64,000 nucleotides of DNA from Saprospiraceae bacterium (GTDB lineage Bacteria > Bacteroidota > Bacteroidia > Chitinophagales > Saprospiraceae). A program made the translations under genes and the position numbers. Below the pieces are notes generated by a model. The model searched no databases. It had not been told where the DNA came from and saw nothing but the letters and a program-made list of their open reading frames with translations. The DNA lies in assembly GCA_026993525.1 (NCBI GenBank), contig JALWSS010000019.1:11096-75095 (forward strand), given 5' to 3'. The stretch's first letter is position 1; the number at the start of each line of letters is the position of its first letter. Shown piece by piece: positions 37,748-47,640 of the stretch.

Positions 37748-38716
37748 ATGAGTGGACAAGTTGATATTTACCAGGGCCCCGAAGGACTGCGGGTTGAAGT
37801 TAAGTTTGAGAGGGAGACTGTTTGGTTAAACCGTCAACAATTAGCACTTCTTTTTGGAAGAGATGTTAAAACAATTGGTAAGCATGTAAATAATGTATTC
37901 AATGAAGGCGAACTAGAAAGAAAAGCAACTGTCGCAAAATTTGCGACAGTTCAAAATGAAGGTGGAAGAGTAGTCTCCAGGGAGATAGAATACTACAACC
38001 TGGATGTGATTATATCAGTTGGCTATCGCGTCAAATCCAAACAAGGCACGCAATTCCGAATCTGGGCCACCCAACGACTGAAAGACTACCTGGTACAGGG
38101 CTATGCCATCAACGAAAAAAGACTGGCTCAGAAAGAAATGGAGGTATTGCATCTCAAAACCGGAATCCAGATTCTTAGCCGGGCCATTGAACAAAAGGCT
38201 ACAGAGAAAGGCTATGAGTGGCTGCTCCAATACGCCAAAGGCCTTGAACTGCTGGACGATTACGACCACGAAAAATTGGATCAGCAGGGAATCACCAAAA
38301 AGGAAGCACATTACCCCAGCCGGCAGGAGTATCAACATTTGATCGATCAGATGAAGGCTGGTTTTGATTCGGCGGTGTTTGGAGTGGAAAAAGACCAAGG
38401 CTTTGAGAGCGCAATAGCCCAAATAGCGCAGGGCTTTGGTGGGCAGGACCTCTATCCAACTTTGGAAGAAAAAGCCGCTATGCTTTTGTACCTCGTAACA
38501 AAGAATCACGCATTCGCAGATGGTAATAAAAGGATTGCTGCAGCTTGCTTCCTATTGTTTTTAGAACAGAACGATATGCTCACCAACGCCAAAGGAGAAC
38601 CCATCATCAGCAATGAAGCATTGGCAGGGCTTACACTATTCGTCGCTGCCAGTAAGCCGGAGGAGATGGAAACAGTAAAAAGACTAATTGTCAGTGTGCT
38701 GAATCGGAATCAGTGA
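37748..38716 (+). CDS. RhuM-like N-terminal domain fused to Fic/Doc (death-on-curing) domain
   Basis: The N-terminus (...WLNRQQLALLFGRDVKTIGKHVNNVF...YYNLDVIISVGYRVKSKQGTQFRIWATQ) is RhuM-like. The C-terminus carries the Fic/Doc motif HAFADGNKR. Confidence 0.8.
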   Translation: MSGQVDIYQGPEGLRVEVKFERETVWLNRQQLALLFGRDVKTIGKHVNNVFNEGELERKATVAKFATVQNEGGRVVSREIEYYNLDVIISVGYRVKSKQGTQFRIWATQRLKDYLVQGYAINEKRLAQKEMEVLHLKTGIQILSRAIEQKATEKGYEWLLQYAKGLELLDDYDHEKLDQQGITKKEAHYPSRQEYQHLIDQMKAGFDSAVFGVEKDQGFESAIAQIAQGFGGQDLYPTLEEKAAMLLYLVTKNHAFADGNKRIAAACFLLFLEQNDMLTNAKGEPIISNEALAGLTLFVAASKPEEMETVKRLIVSVLNRNQ

Positions 38717-38763
38717 AGGTAGATTTCGGTGGGGACTTGAGGTAATTGTTTATCCCCTCCCCC

Positions 38764-39906
38764 TCAATCCACAATCATCTTTTCCCTGTCCAGTTGCTGT
38801 TGTTGGATGTTGTCGGGCAGTTCCCTGTATTCGTATTCCTGGTTCCGCAATTGCGGGGTGAATCCGGCTTCCCGGATGGCTTCCTGGATGCCCTCAGCGG
38901 TGAAGCGGAAGCGGGCGCCGGCGGCAGACACTACGTTTTCCTCGATCATGATGGAACCGAAGTCGTTGGCGCCGGCGTGGAGGCAGAGCTGCCCCACCTG
39001 TTTACCGACGGTGAGCCAGGAGGCCTGGATGTTGATGACGTTGGGGAGCATGATGCGGCTCATGGCGATCATGCGGACGTATTCGTCGCCGGTGCAGGTA
39101 TTGCGGGCTCTTTTCAGTTTGCGGAGGATGGTGTCGTGGTCCTGAAACGGCCACGGGATGAATGCGAGGAAACCCTTGGCGTTTTCAGGCTTTTCACTTT
39201 GCACCTGACGGATCTTGACCAGGTGCTCCATGCGCTCCAGGTTGGTTTCAATGTGCCCGAACATCATGGTGGCGGAGGTGGTGAGCCCCAATTTATGGGC
39301 GGCCCGCATCACATCCAGCCATTCTTCGGCGCCGCACTTGCCGGCGGAGATGAGGCGGCGTACCCTGTCGTCGAGGATTTCGGCGCCGGCTCCGGGCAGG
39401 CTGTCGAGCCCTGATTCTTTGAGTGCTTTCAAAACTTCGTAATGGGTGCTTTGCTCCAGTTTGGTGATGTGGGCAATTTCGGGTGGCCCCAGGGCGTGCA
39501 GTTTGAGCCTGGGGTACCATTCCTTCAGTTGCCCGAAGAGCGTGGTGTAATATTCGAGGCCCAACTCCGGGTGGTGGCCGCCTTGCAGTAGCAATTGCTC
39601 TCCACCCAGTGCGAAGGTCTCCTCTATTTTCCGGCGGTACTGCTCCAGGCTTGTCACATAGCTTTCCCCATGGCCGGGGCGTCGGAAGAAGTTGCAGAAT
39701 TTGCAGTTGGCGATGCAAACGTTGGTGGTGTTGGCGTTGCGGTCTATGATCCAGGTGACCACATTGCCCGGCACATGGTGTTGCCGCAGGCGATTGCCAA
39801 CAAACATGAGTTCTGCCGTGGCGGCATTTTCGAAGAGAAAAACGCCTTCTTCGGCAGTGAGGTGTTCCAGGTTGAGGGCTTTTTGAAGCAGGTCGTCAGT
39901 GCGCAT
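38764..39906 (-). CDS. Radical SAM enzyme of the CofH/MqnC/MqnE family (futalosine-pathway menaquinone biosynthesis)
   Basis: CIANCKFC cluster motif, 380 aa, GGHHPELGLEYY..., and GAEILDDRVRRLISAGKC are typical of the family. I cannot discriminate MqnC from MqnE by eye. Confidence 0.75.
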   Translation of the reverse strand: MRTDDLLQKALNLEHLTAEEGVFLFENAATAELMFVGNRLRQHHVPGNVVTWIIDRNANTTNVCIANCKFCNFFRRPGHGESYVTSLEQYRRKIEETFALGGEQLLLQGGHHPELGLEYYTTLFGQLKEWYPRLKLHALGPPEIAHITKLEQSTHYEVLKALKESGLDSLPGAGAEILDDRVRRLISAGKCGAEEWLDVMRAAHKLGLTTSATMMFGHIETNLERMEHLVKIRQVQSEKPENAKGFLAFIPWPFQDHDTILRKLKRARNTCTGDEYVRMIAMSRIMLPNVINIQASWLTVGKQVGQLCLHAGANDFGSIMIEENVVSAAGARFRFTAEGIQEAIREAGFTPQLRNQEYEYRELPDNIQQQQLDREKMIVD

Positions 39907-40053
39907 GGCGATGGGTTTGATTGAAGGGCAAAGGTAGGCATGTTCCGGCTTTGGTGCGGCTGTGCAGAAGCAGGGGTTTTGGCTACCTTAGCGCCCTGAA
40001 AGCGGATGTACCTAACATTGCATTTTGAATCTGGTTCCAAGCTTCTCATCATT

Positions 40054-41595
40054 ATGGATAAAAAACTTGAACTCCTTCAGAAAAAGATAGCCGAGGCGCA
40101 ATTGGGCGGTGGTGCCGAGCGCATTGCCAAAGAACACAAAAAGGGCAAATTGACCGCCCGTGAACGCATCCACTTTCTGATGGACGAAGGCTCTTTTGAA
40201 GAGATCGGAATGTTCGTCACCCATCGCTCCAGCGATTTTGGAATGGAAAAGCAGAAGATTCCGGGCGATGGTGTGGTGACCGGTTACGGAACCATTGACG
40301 GCCGCCTGGTGTATGTCTTTGCACAGGATTTCACGGTGTTCGGGGGCTCGCTTTCGGAAACCCATGCTGAAAAGATTTGCAAGATCATGGACCTGGCCAT
40401 GCAAAACGGCGCTCCGCTCATCGGCCTCAACGACTCTGGCGGGGCCCGTATCCAGGAAGGGGTGAGTTCGCTGGGAGGCTACGCTGATATTTTTTACCGC
40501 AACGTGCGGTCCAGCGGGGTGATTCCGCAAATATCCGCCATTATGGGGCCCTGTGCGGGTGGGGCGGTTTACAGCCCGGCCATGACCGATTTTACCATCA
40601 TGGTGGAGCACAGCAGTTATATGTTTGTGACCGGACCCAACGTGGTGAAAACCGTGACCAACGAGGAAGTGACCGCTGAAGAGCTGGGCGGCGCACATTC
40701 CCACGCCACTAAATCGGGGGTGACCCACCTGACGGCCGCCAACGACATTGACTGCATTGCGAAGATCAAAAGGCTGTTGTCTTACCTGCCTCAGAATTGC
40801 GAAGAAAAAACTGCCAAACTACCTTACGAACCCGGGGATGAATTCCGGGATCAACTGACCGGCCTCATTCCGGAAAGTGCCCAGCAGCCCTACGACATGC
40901 GGGAGGTGATCCGGGGCATGGTTGACGAAGACAGCTTTTTTGAGATTCACGAAGACTGGGCGGAAAACATCGTGGTTGGTTTTGCCCGGCTGGCCGGGCG
41001 AAGCATTGGTGTGGTGGGCAACCAACCCATGACCCTTGCAGGGGTGTTGGATGTGAACTCCTCCCGAAAAGGGGCCCGTTTCGTGCGCTTTTGCGACAGC
41101 TTCAACATCCCCCTGCTGGTGTTGGAGGACGTGCCGGGCTTTCTGCCGGGCACCGACCAGGAGTGGAACGGCATCATCAGCAACGGGGCCAAGTTGCTCT
41201 ACGCCTTCAGCGAGGCCACGGTGCCACGGGTCACGGTAATCACCCGCAAAGCATATGGCGGAGCCTATGACGTGATGAACTCCAAACACATCGGAGCCGA
41301 TATGAACTTCGCCTGGCCAACGGCGGAAATTGCAGTGATGGGTGCCAAAGGTGCGTCAGAGATTATTTTCCGGAAGGAAATAAAAGCCGCTGATGATCCG
41401 GAAGCCTTTCTGGCACAAAAGGAACAAGAGTACCAGGAGACCTTTGCCAACCCCTACCGCGCTGCCCAGCGGGGGTTTGTTGACGAAGTGATACACCCCC
41501 GTGAAACCCGGCGGAAACTCATCAAAGCCTTTGCCATGCTGGAAAACAAAGTGGCCCGTTTGCCGAAGAAAAAGCACGGGAATATTCCGTTGTGA
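40054..41595 (+). CDS. Acyl-CoA carboxylase carboxyltransferase (beta) subunit, propionyl-CoA carboxylase / methylmalonyl-CoA decarboxylase family
   Basis: Start at ATG 40054 ([12 protein letters not shown]). GKLTARERI..., [14 protein letters not shown], and a two-domain crotonase-like CT layout. Confidence 0.9.
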   Translation: MDKKLELLQKKIAEAQLGGGAERIAKEHKKGKLTARERIHFLMDEGSFEEIGMFVTHRSSDFGMEKQKIPGDGVVTGYGTIDGRLVYVFAQDFTVFGGSLSETHAEKICKIMDLAMQNGAPLIGLNDSGGARIQEGVSSLGGYADIFYRNVRSSGVIPQISAIMGPCAGGAVYSPAMTDFTIMVEHSSYMFVTGPNVVKTVTNEEVTAEELGGAHSHATKSGVTHLTAANDIDCIAKIKRLLSYLPQNCEEKTAKLPYEPGDEFRDQLTGLIPESAQQPYDMREVIRGMVDEDSFFEIHEDWAENIVVGFARLAGRSIGVVGNQPMTLAGVLDVNSSRKGARFVRFCDSFNIPLLVLEDVPGFLPGTDQEWNGIISNGAKLLYAFSEATVPRVTVITRKAYGGAYDVMNSKHIGADMNFAWPTAEIAVMGAKGASEIIFRKEIKAADDPEAFLAQKEQEYQETFANPYRAAQRGFVDEVIHPRETRRKLIKAFAMLENKVARLPKKKHGNIPL

Positions 41596-42507
41596 TCACT
41601 TCCTACAATACTCCACAGCCACCCTTGCCGCCAGGCGGGCGTTGTTGAGGGCAAGTTCCACATTGGCACGCAGGCTCTCACCGCCGGTTATTTCTTTTAT
41701 TCGTCGCAATAGAAATGGGGTGATTTCTTTTCCCCGGAGGTTTTGCTGTCGGGCTTCTTCCAGCGCCTTTTCCGTCGCTTGCGCAATGGTGTTGAAGGCC
41801 GGTTCTTTATCGGCTGGAATCGGGTTGGCTACTACCACACCTCCTTTCAATCCAGCCTTCCATTTCGTTGCAAGGAATTGCGCTACCTCGTCCGGACTGT
41901 CCAGCCGGCAATCCACGTCAAAACCGGAGGAGCGGGTGTAAAAAGCCGGAAATTCATCTGTTTGAAATCCCACCACAGGCACGCCGTGGGTTTCGAGGTA
42001 TTCCAGGGTCAGGCCTGTATCGAGGATGGATTTGGCACCGGCACACACCACTGCTACGTTGGTGCGGGCCAGTTCCTGCAAGTCGGCTGAGATGTCGAGC
42101 GTTTCAGCAGCGCCCCTGTGTACACCGCCGATGCCCCCCGTTGCGAAGATGGAAATGCCGGCCTTTTCTGCGATGAGCATGGTGGCAGCCACGGTTGTGG
42201 CTCCGGGCAGTTTTTTCATCAACAAGCGGGGCAGGTCCCGGCGGCTGGTTTTGGCTATCCGGTTTTCGGGTTTGCCAATCCATTCCAATTCATCGGGGCT
42301 GAGGCCGGCTTTCATTCTGCCGTTGATAACGGCAATGGTTGCAGGCACCGCCCCTTGCTCCCTGATGGCCTGCTCCAGCGCCCGGCCGGTGGCAACATTT
42401 TCGGGGTATGGCATGCCGTGGGCGATGATGGTACTTTCCAATGCCACAACGGGCCGTCCATTGTTCAGTGCCTCAGCCACTTCCGGTGCGATGTCCAAAT
42501 AATGCAT
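41596..42507 (-). CDS. psuG: Pseudouridine-5'-phosphate glycosidase
   Basis: Start at ATG 42507 (MHYLDIAPEV). RPVVALESTIIAHGMPYPEN and the indigoidine-synthase-A-like core. Its stop abuts the convergent carboxyltransferase stop with no gap. Confidence 0.85.
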   Translation of the reverse strand: MHYLDIAPEVAEALNNGRPVVALESTIIAHGMPYPENVATGRALEQAIREQGAVPATIAVINGRMKAGLSPDELEWIGKPENRIAKTSRRDLPRLLMKKLPGATTVAATMLIAEKAGISIFATGGIGGVHRGAAETLDISADLQELARTNVAVVCAGAKSILDTGLTLEYLETHGVPVVGFQTDEFPAFYTRSSGFDVDCRLDSPDEVAQFLATKWKAGLKGGVVVANPIPADKEPAFNTIAQATEKALEEARQQNLRGKEITPFLLRRIKEITGGESLRANVELALNNARLAARVAVEYCRK

Positions 42508-42538
42508 GCTGGTTTTTGCGGGAAAGATAGGAAGCCGG

Positions 42539-43234
42539 TCAGTATTGTTTCCCTTTGAAAAAGTCGGGTGAAAATGACCCAAAAAAGTAGGAAATCGATG
42601 CTCCTACAAAGAGGTACCAGTCATTCCTGTTCGGATTGCCGTTTTTGGAAACGTTGTCGAGGTAGTCAGAGAAAGTGGCCCGCCAGCCCCATTCACCACT
42701 GATGGAAACGTGTTCCTGCAGATCTATGCGGACGCCGAACATGAACGGAACGGTGATAAATTTATCCGCGTTCTCCGCTTCAGGAAACATGCCCGAATCA
42801 CTGGAGGGCACAACGAGGTCAATTTTGGTAAGGGTATAGCCAAGGCCGGTTGCCACATAAGGCGATATTTGCCGACGGAAAATACCCGAATTGCTGGCAC
42901 GGCTGCGCCCCAAAGGGTGGTATTCGCCGGTGATGGCAATTTCGAAAACAGTGCCATCAAATTTCCATCCCCGGTTCTTTTTGTTGCTGTCGGCATTGGC
43001 ATCGTCACCTCCGATGAAGCCGTAATATACATTGCCACGTACCTTGATCTTGTCTTCGTAATGAAGCCGGATGAAGCCACCAAAGGATTTTTTGGTCTCC
43101 TTGAATACGATGGGATTGTCGGAAAGATCGCCCTGGTAATTGGCGAAGCCGAGGAAAAAGCCTCCTTCCACAATTTGTTGAGCCTTCCCCAAAAGCGGCA
43201 AAAGCAGCACACAAAGAATGGCTATTCTTTTCAT
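42539..43234 (-). CDS. Small outer-membrane beta-barrel protein
   Basis: Signal MKRIAILCVLLLPLLGKAQ, an alternating beta pattern, 231 aa. Confidence 0.65.
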   Translation of the reverse strand: MKRIAILCVLLLPLLGKAQQIVEGGFFLGFANYQGDLSDNPIVFKETKKSFGGFIRLHYEDKIKVRGNVYYGFIGGDDANADSNKKNRGWKFDGTVFEIAITGEYHPLGRSRASNSGIFRRQISPYVATGLGYTLTKIDLVVPSSDSGMFPEAENADKFITVPFMFGVRIDLQEHVSISGEWGWRATFSDYLDNVSKNGNPNRNDWYLFVGASISYFFGSFSPDFFKGKQY

Positions 43235-43404
43235 GAAGTTGTTTTGTGATGAGAGAGATGAGTGTTAGTTCCCAAATGCCTTTATCGTTTCAAATGTTCA
43301 TTTTTGGGAGGGGGGATAAACTGGTAAGTTGGTGTTCCGGCGAAAGAGCCGGAGAGATTTGCACGGGAAAGTATTACCCAAATTACGGTGTATTATACAA
43401 ATAT

Positions 43405-46400
43405 CTAACCATTTGTAAAAGCGACGGCGTTCAGAGATTGCTGAAGTTTTTCCAGCAGTTCCCGTGCCGATTTGAGTGAGTCAACTCCGTCTTTGGTCAT
43501 GATGAGGCTGCGGGGAGTTTTTTTGAGGCCCAGGCCCAGCTTGCTGCCGTTGCTGCCCAGGTATTGGAAGATCGTTTGGAAAGTGGAGCTGTCGTAATAG
43601 CTCGACTGTGGGTTTCCGACAAAGAAGCAGCGCAGTTTTCCATTCTTCAAAATGATGCGTTCAAAGCCGAGCTCTTTGGCTACCCAGCGCAGGCGCAAAC
43701 CGTGAAAGAGTTCTTTGACCGGTGCCGGAATTCTGCCGAAGCGATCTTTGAGCATCTTCTCATAATCGGCGAGTTCTCGCTCGTCGTTGAGGGCGTCGAG
43801 GCGGGTGTAAAGGCTCAGCCTCTCGGAAATACTGCTGACGTAGTCGTCCGGGATGAGCATCTCCGTATCGGTGTCAATTTGCACATCTTTTACGAAGGTG
43901 GTTTTCTTTTTCAATTCTTCTTTGAAGACATCTTTGAAGTCCGTCTCTTTCAGTTCCTGAATGGCTTCTTCCAGGATTCGCTGGAAGGTTTCGTAACCGA
44001 TGTCGGCGATGAATCCGCTTTGTTCGGCACCGAGCAGGTTGCCGGCACCCCGGATGTCGAGGTCTCGCATGGCAATTTCAAAGCCACTGCCCAGGTCGCT
44101 GAATTCTTCTATGGTTCTCAGCCTTTTGCGGGCGTCGTGGGTCAGCACCGACATGGGCGGGCAAAACAGGTAACAATAGGCCTTTTTGTTTGAGCGTCCG
44201 ATGCGCCCGCGAAGCTGGTGCAGGTCGCTGATCCCGAACTGGTTGGCGTTGTTGATGATCATCGTATTGGCGTTGGGGATGTCCAGGCCGGTTTCGATGA
44301 TGTTGGTGCAGACCAGCACATCATAACGGTTGTCAATGAAGTCAATCAGGGCTTGTTCCAGTTTGTTGCTGTCCATCTGGCCGTGGGCCATGGCCACATC
44401 CACGTCCGGGCAGAGGCGTTGGATGAGGGCTGTGATGTCCGGCAGGCTTTTTACCCTGTTGTGCACAAAGAACACCTGGCCGCCCCGGTGCACTTCTTTG
44501 TAAATGGCATCCTTGATCAAAGCCTCGCTGAATATCCGGATTTCAGTGTGGATAGGTTGCCGGTTGGGCGGTGGCGTGCGAATGATGGAAAGGTCACGGG
44601 CTGCCATCAGACTGAACTGCAAGGTGCGGGGAATGGGGGTAGCGGTCAATGTCAGGGTGTCCACATTGGCCTTCAGGGAACGCAATTTTTCTTTGGCGGC
44701 TACGCCGAACTTTTGCTCTTCGTCAATAATGAGCAAGCCCAGGTCTTTGAAGCGCACCTCTTTGTTCAGCAGGGCGTGTGTGCCGATGACGATGTCAATT
44801 TTTCCTTCTTTCAGGTTCCTGAAAATGGCGTTTTTTTCTTTGGCAGACCGGAAGCGGTTCAGGTAATCAATTTTCAGATCGAAATCTGCCAGCCTTTCGC
44901 TAAAGGTTTTGTAATGCTGCAAAGCCAGAATGGTGGTTGGCACCAGCACCGCTACCTGCTTTCCGTCCAGCACAGCTTTGAAAGTAGCCCGAATGGCCAC
45001 TTCCGTTTTTCCGAAACCCACATCCCCACAGATCAGGCGGTCCATCGGGTGGGGCTTCATCATGTCTTCCTTCACATCAATGGTGGCTTTTTCCTGATCG
45101 GGCGTGTCTTCGTAAATGAAAGAGGACTCCAATTCTGCCTGCAGGTAATTGTCCGGCGAGAAGGCAAACCCGGGCGAGGCTTTGCGAACTGCGTAAAGCT
45201 TGATGAGCTCTTTTGCAATGTCCTTGACCTTCTTCCTGGCCTTGCGCTTCAGGTTTTGCCAGGCTTCTGATCCCAGTTTGCTGAGGGCCGGCGGTGTGCC
45301 GTCTTTACCGGTGTACTTGGATATCTTGTGCAGTGAGTTGATGCTCACATACAGCACATCGTTGTTTTTGTAAAAAATTCTGACCGACTCCTGCGTCTGA
45401 CCATTCACGGTAATCTTTTCCAGTCCGGAGTATTTGCCAACCCCGTGGTCAATGTGCACTACGTAATCCCCCGGTTGCAGTTCCCGGAGCATTTTCAGGC
45501 TCATGGCCTTGTCGGCGGTGAAGCCCCTCCGCAGGCGGTAGTGGTGGTGGCGGTGGAAAACCTGGTGATCGGTATAGCAGGCTATTCTGAGGTCTTCGTC
45601 AATGAAACCCTGGTGGATGGCCCTGGTCACCGGCTCAAATTTCACATGCGCCTCGAGGTCTTCGAAAATGGCGTAAAAACGCTCGATTTGCTTTGGGTTG
45701 TCGGTGAAAATGAAATTTTGAAATCCTTTGGCCGTGTTGCTGTTCAGGTTCTCGATGAGCAGGTTGAAATTCTTGTTAAAGCTGGGTTGTGGTTTGCCGC
45801 TGAGACTTAACTCTGACTCGCCCTTGATCGGGTTGGGGTCGGTAGCGGGCGGTCCCAGATTTATCGTTGGGAAATTCTCCAGGGCATCTATCAACTCGTT
45901 CGGAGCAACAAAAGCCCTGTTTCTGAAAAATTCCACCAGTTCACCTGTCTCTGTAATATTGATGCTCTTTGCAAACGACTCTGCCTTCTCGAAACATTCC
46001 TGCAGTTTGTCCAGCAACAGGGTAAAATCCCGTACCCAGAGAACGGTCTCAGGGTTCAGCACTTCCAGCAACGACACTTTCAAGCTGCTGTCAAAACGGG
46101 TGTTGACATTGGGGACAATGGACACCTGCTTCAGGTTCCTGATTGAAAGCTGGCTCAACGGATCAAAAGTGCGGATGCTTTCAATCTCTTCGTCAAAGAG
46201 CTCTATCCGGTAGGGGTAGTCATTGCCGTAGCTGAAAATGTCAATGATGCCACCCCTGATGGAGAACTGCCCCGGCTCGTAAACGAAATCCTCTCGCTTG
46301 AAACCATACTCCAGCAGCATTTCAATCACAAAATCCACCTCCAGTTCCTGACCCGCCACCATTTCTATTTTGGTCTTCGCCAATGCTTCCGGATCAACCA

Positions 46401-46800
46401 CTTTTTCAAAAAGCGCCTCCGGATAGCTGATGACAATGGCCGGAACGCCCGTTTTTGACGTCAGCTTGTTAACCGTTTCGGTTCGTTCCAGCACATGGGT
46501 GCTGTTCAGTTCTTCAAAATACTGCGGCCTTTTGAAAGAGTCGGGGAAGAACAACACCGGCTTGCCTTCCAGCAAATTGGCAATGCTGTTTTGCAGGTAG
46601 GCGGCCTCTTCCTTGTCAGCGGCAATGAACAGGTGAGGCTTTTTCTCAGCGAGGTACAGTCCGGAAAGGACAAAGGACTCCTGCGCACCCGCCATGCCAT
46701 TGAGCTTTACGTGGCGGTTGTTGCCCTGTAACAATTGTTGGAGCTTTTTGGTGCCAGGTGCAACTGCATACAGGTTGAGTATGGTCTCCAGGTTTTTCAC
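43405..46800 (-). CDS. mfd: Transcription-repair coupling factor
   Basis: 1131 aa. Helicase motifs GDVGFGKTEVA and LLIIDEEQKFG, plus UvrB-homology and TRG regions. The start appears to be GTG at 46800. Confidence 0.95.
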   Translation of the reverse strand: MKNLETILNLYAVAPGTKKLQQLLQGNNRHVKLNGMAGAQESFVLSGLYLAEKKPHLFIAADKEEAAYLQNSIANLLEGKPVLFFPDSFKRPQYFEELNSTHVLERTETVNKLTSKTGVPAIVISYPEALFEKVVDPEALAKTKIEMVAGQELEVDFVIEMLLEYGFKREDFVYEPGQFSIRGGIIDIFSYGNDYPYRIELFDEEIESIRTFDPLSQLSIRNLKQVSIVPNVNTRFDSSLKVSLLEVLNPETVLWVRDFTLLLDKLQECFEKAESFAKSINITETGELVEFFRNRAFVAPNELIDALENFPTINLGPPATDPNPIKGESELSLSGKPQPSFNKNFNLLIENLNSNTAKGFQNFIFTDNPKQIERFYAIFEDLEAHVKFEPVTRAIHQGFIDEDLRIACYTDHQVFHRHHHYRLRRGFTADKAMSLKMLRELQPGDYVVHIDHGVGKYSGLEKITVNGQTQESVRIFYKNNDVLYVSINSLHKISKYTGKDGTPPALSKLGSEAWQNLKRKARKKVKDIAKELIKLYAVRKASPGFAFSPDNYLQAELESSFIYEDTPDQEKATIDVKEDMMKPHPMDRLICGDVGFGKTEVAIRATFKAVLDGKQVAVLVPTTILALQHYKTFSERLADFDLKIDYLNRFRSAKEKNAIFRNLKEGKIDIVIGTHALLNKEVRFKDLGLLIIDEEQKFGVAAKEKLRSLKANVDTLTLTATPIPRTLQFSLMAARDLSIIRTPPPNRQPIHTEIRIFSEALIKDAIYKEVHRGGQVFFVHNRVKSLPDITALIQRLCPDVDVAMAHGQMDSNKLEQALIDFIDNRYDVLVCTNIIETGLDIPNANTMIINNANQFGISDLHQLRGRIGRSNKKAYCYLFCPPMSVLTHDARKRLRTIEEFSDLGSGFEIAMRDLDIRGAGNLLGAEQSGFIADIGYETFQRILEEAIQELKETDFKDVFKEELKKKTTFVKDVQIDTDTEMLIPDDYVSSISERLSLYTRLDALNDERELADYEKMLKDRFGRIPAPVKELFHGLRLRWVAKELGFERIILKNGKLRCFFVGNPQSSYYDSSTFQTIFQYLGSNGSKLGLGLKKTPRSLIMTKDGVDSLKSARELLEKLQQSLNAVAFTNG

Positions 46801-47023
46801 GGCCGCAAAAGTAAATTGATGTTTCCTATCGTGAGCAGGATTCGCCTGCCTTACTGTTCAGGGTAATTCGGAACCCTAAGCGACAGAATTATACAGATAG
46901 CCGGATGTTTTGTTGCTAACCCCGGGTTTTGGCGAAGGTTTTCTGGCTCCAAATTCCACTGTCAAGCCCTGAGGCAAGTTTTTTATCAAAAAAAATCTCA
47001 CAAAAGTAGCGTGTTTAAAAAGT

Positions 47024-47127
47024 TTTTTCTCACAATGACCACAGGAGTTGTTAGTGGCTTTTGCTTTGTTTTTAAGGGTTTTTGGTAGGTAGTGGCAGTT
47101 TTTTACTTTAAAATTTTTCTCACAATG
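47024..47127 (+). repeat. Two identical 14-mers TTTTTCTCACAATG (47024-47037, 47114-47127)
   Basis: Read directly. Related TCTCACA also occurs at 46996-47002 and 47162-47168. Confidence 0.85.
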
Positions 47128-47258
47128 GCCAATATTTGTCTTTGTTCTTAGCGGAACATACTCTCACATTTGTATCGTGATTATTGACAACGGGGATGAA
47201 CGACAGACTTGAGGGGAAAATCACCGCCGGCTAAAAGAGCCGGCACACAGCTTTGAAA

Positions 47259-47325
47259 ATGTTCATGGGATTATAATTTGTTAGTCAGTCGTCCCGACTG
47301 ATTCTGTCGGGACGAGCTGTTTTTC
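47259..47325 (+). repeat. Box A (ATGTTCATGGGATTATAAT) plus hairpin GTCCCGAC/GTCGGGAC and T5
   Basis: Box at 47259-47277, hairpin at 47291-47313, T run at 47320-47324. Candidate small transcription unit or terminator. Confidence 0.7.
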
Positions 47326-47356
47326 CCACCGGCTCAAAGCTACTTGACAATAGAAT

Positions 47357-47407
47357 ATGTTCATGGGATTATAATTTGTTGGTAGTCAGTCCCCCTCAAC
47401 GAGGGGG
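47357..47407 (+). repeat. Box B (identical 19-mer) plus hairpin CCCCCTC/GAGGGGG
   Basis: Box at 47357-47375, hairpin at 47391-47407. It shares TTGTT(A/G)GT(A)GTCAGTC with unit A. Confidence 0.7.
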
Positions 47408-47493
47408 TACTGCCCAACTTTGAAAAACCCATGCAAGAAATAACGCATCAGCCAATAGCTGGTCAAAAGTGACTGGCGAACTGCAAAAATTAA

Positions 47494-47505
47494 GTTCATG
47501 GGATA
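47494..47505 (+). repeat. Box C (degenerate GTTCATGGGATA) inside a 12-bp inverted repeat
   Basis: GCATCAGCCAAT (47445-47456) and ATTGGCTGATGC (47563-47574) flank the box. A further hairpin lies at 47588-47616. Confidence 0.6.
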
Positions 47506-47640
47506 CGAACTCTAATGCAGACTCAAACTTGGGATACAAATCAACTCTTTCGCAAACAACACATTGGCTGATGCAAACTTATACTGGGAAAGGCCCCGCA
47601 AAAAGCCCGGCCTTTCATCCCAAAAGAATCGTTTTTGGAT

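Noticed and set aside
41587-41604. Zero-gap convergent stops of the carboxyltransferase and psuG as a regulatory feature
   Set aside because: Abutting convergent genes are common in compact genomes, and no structure was seen there.
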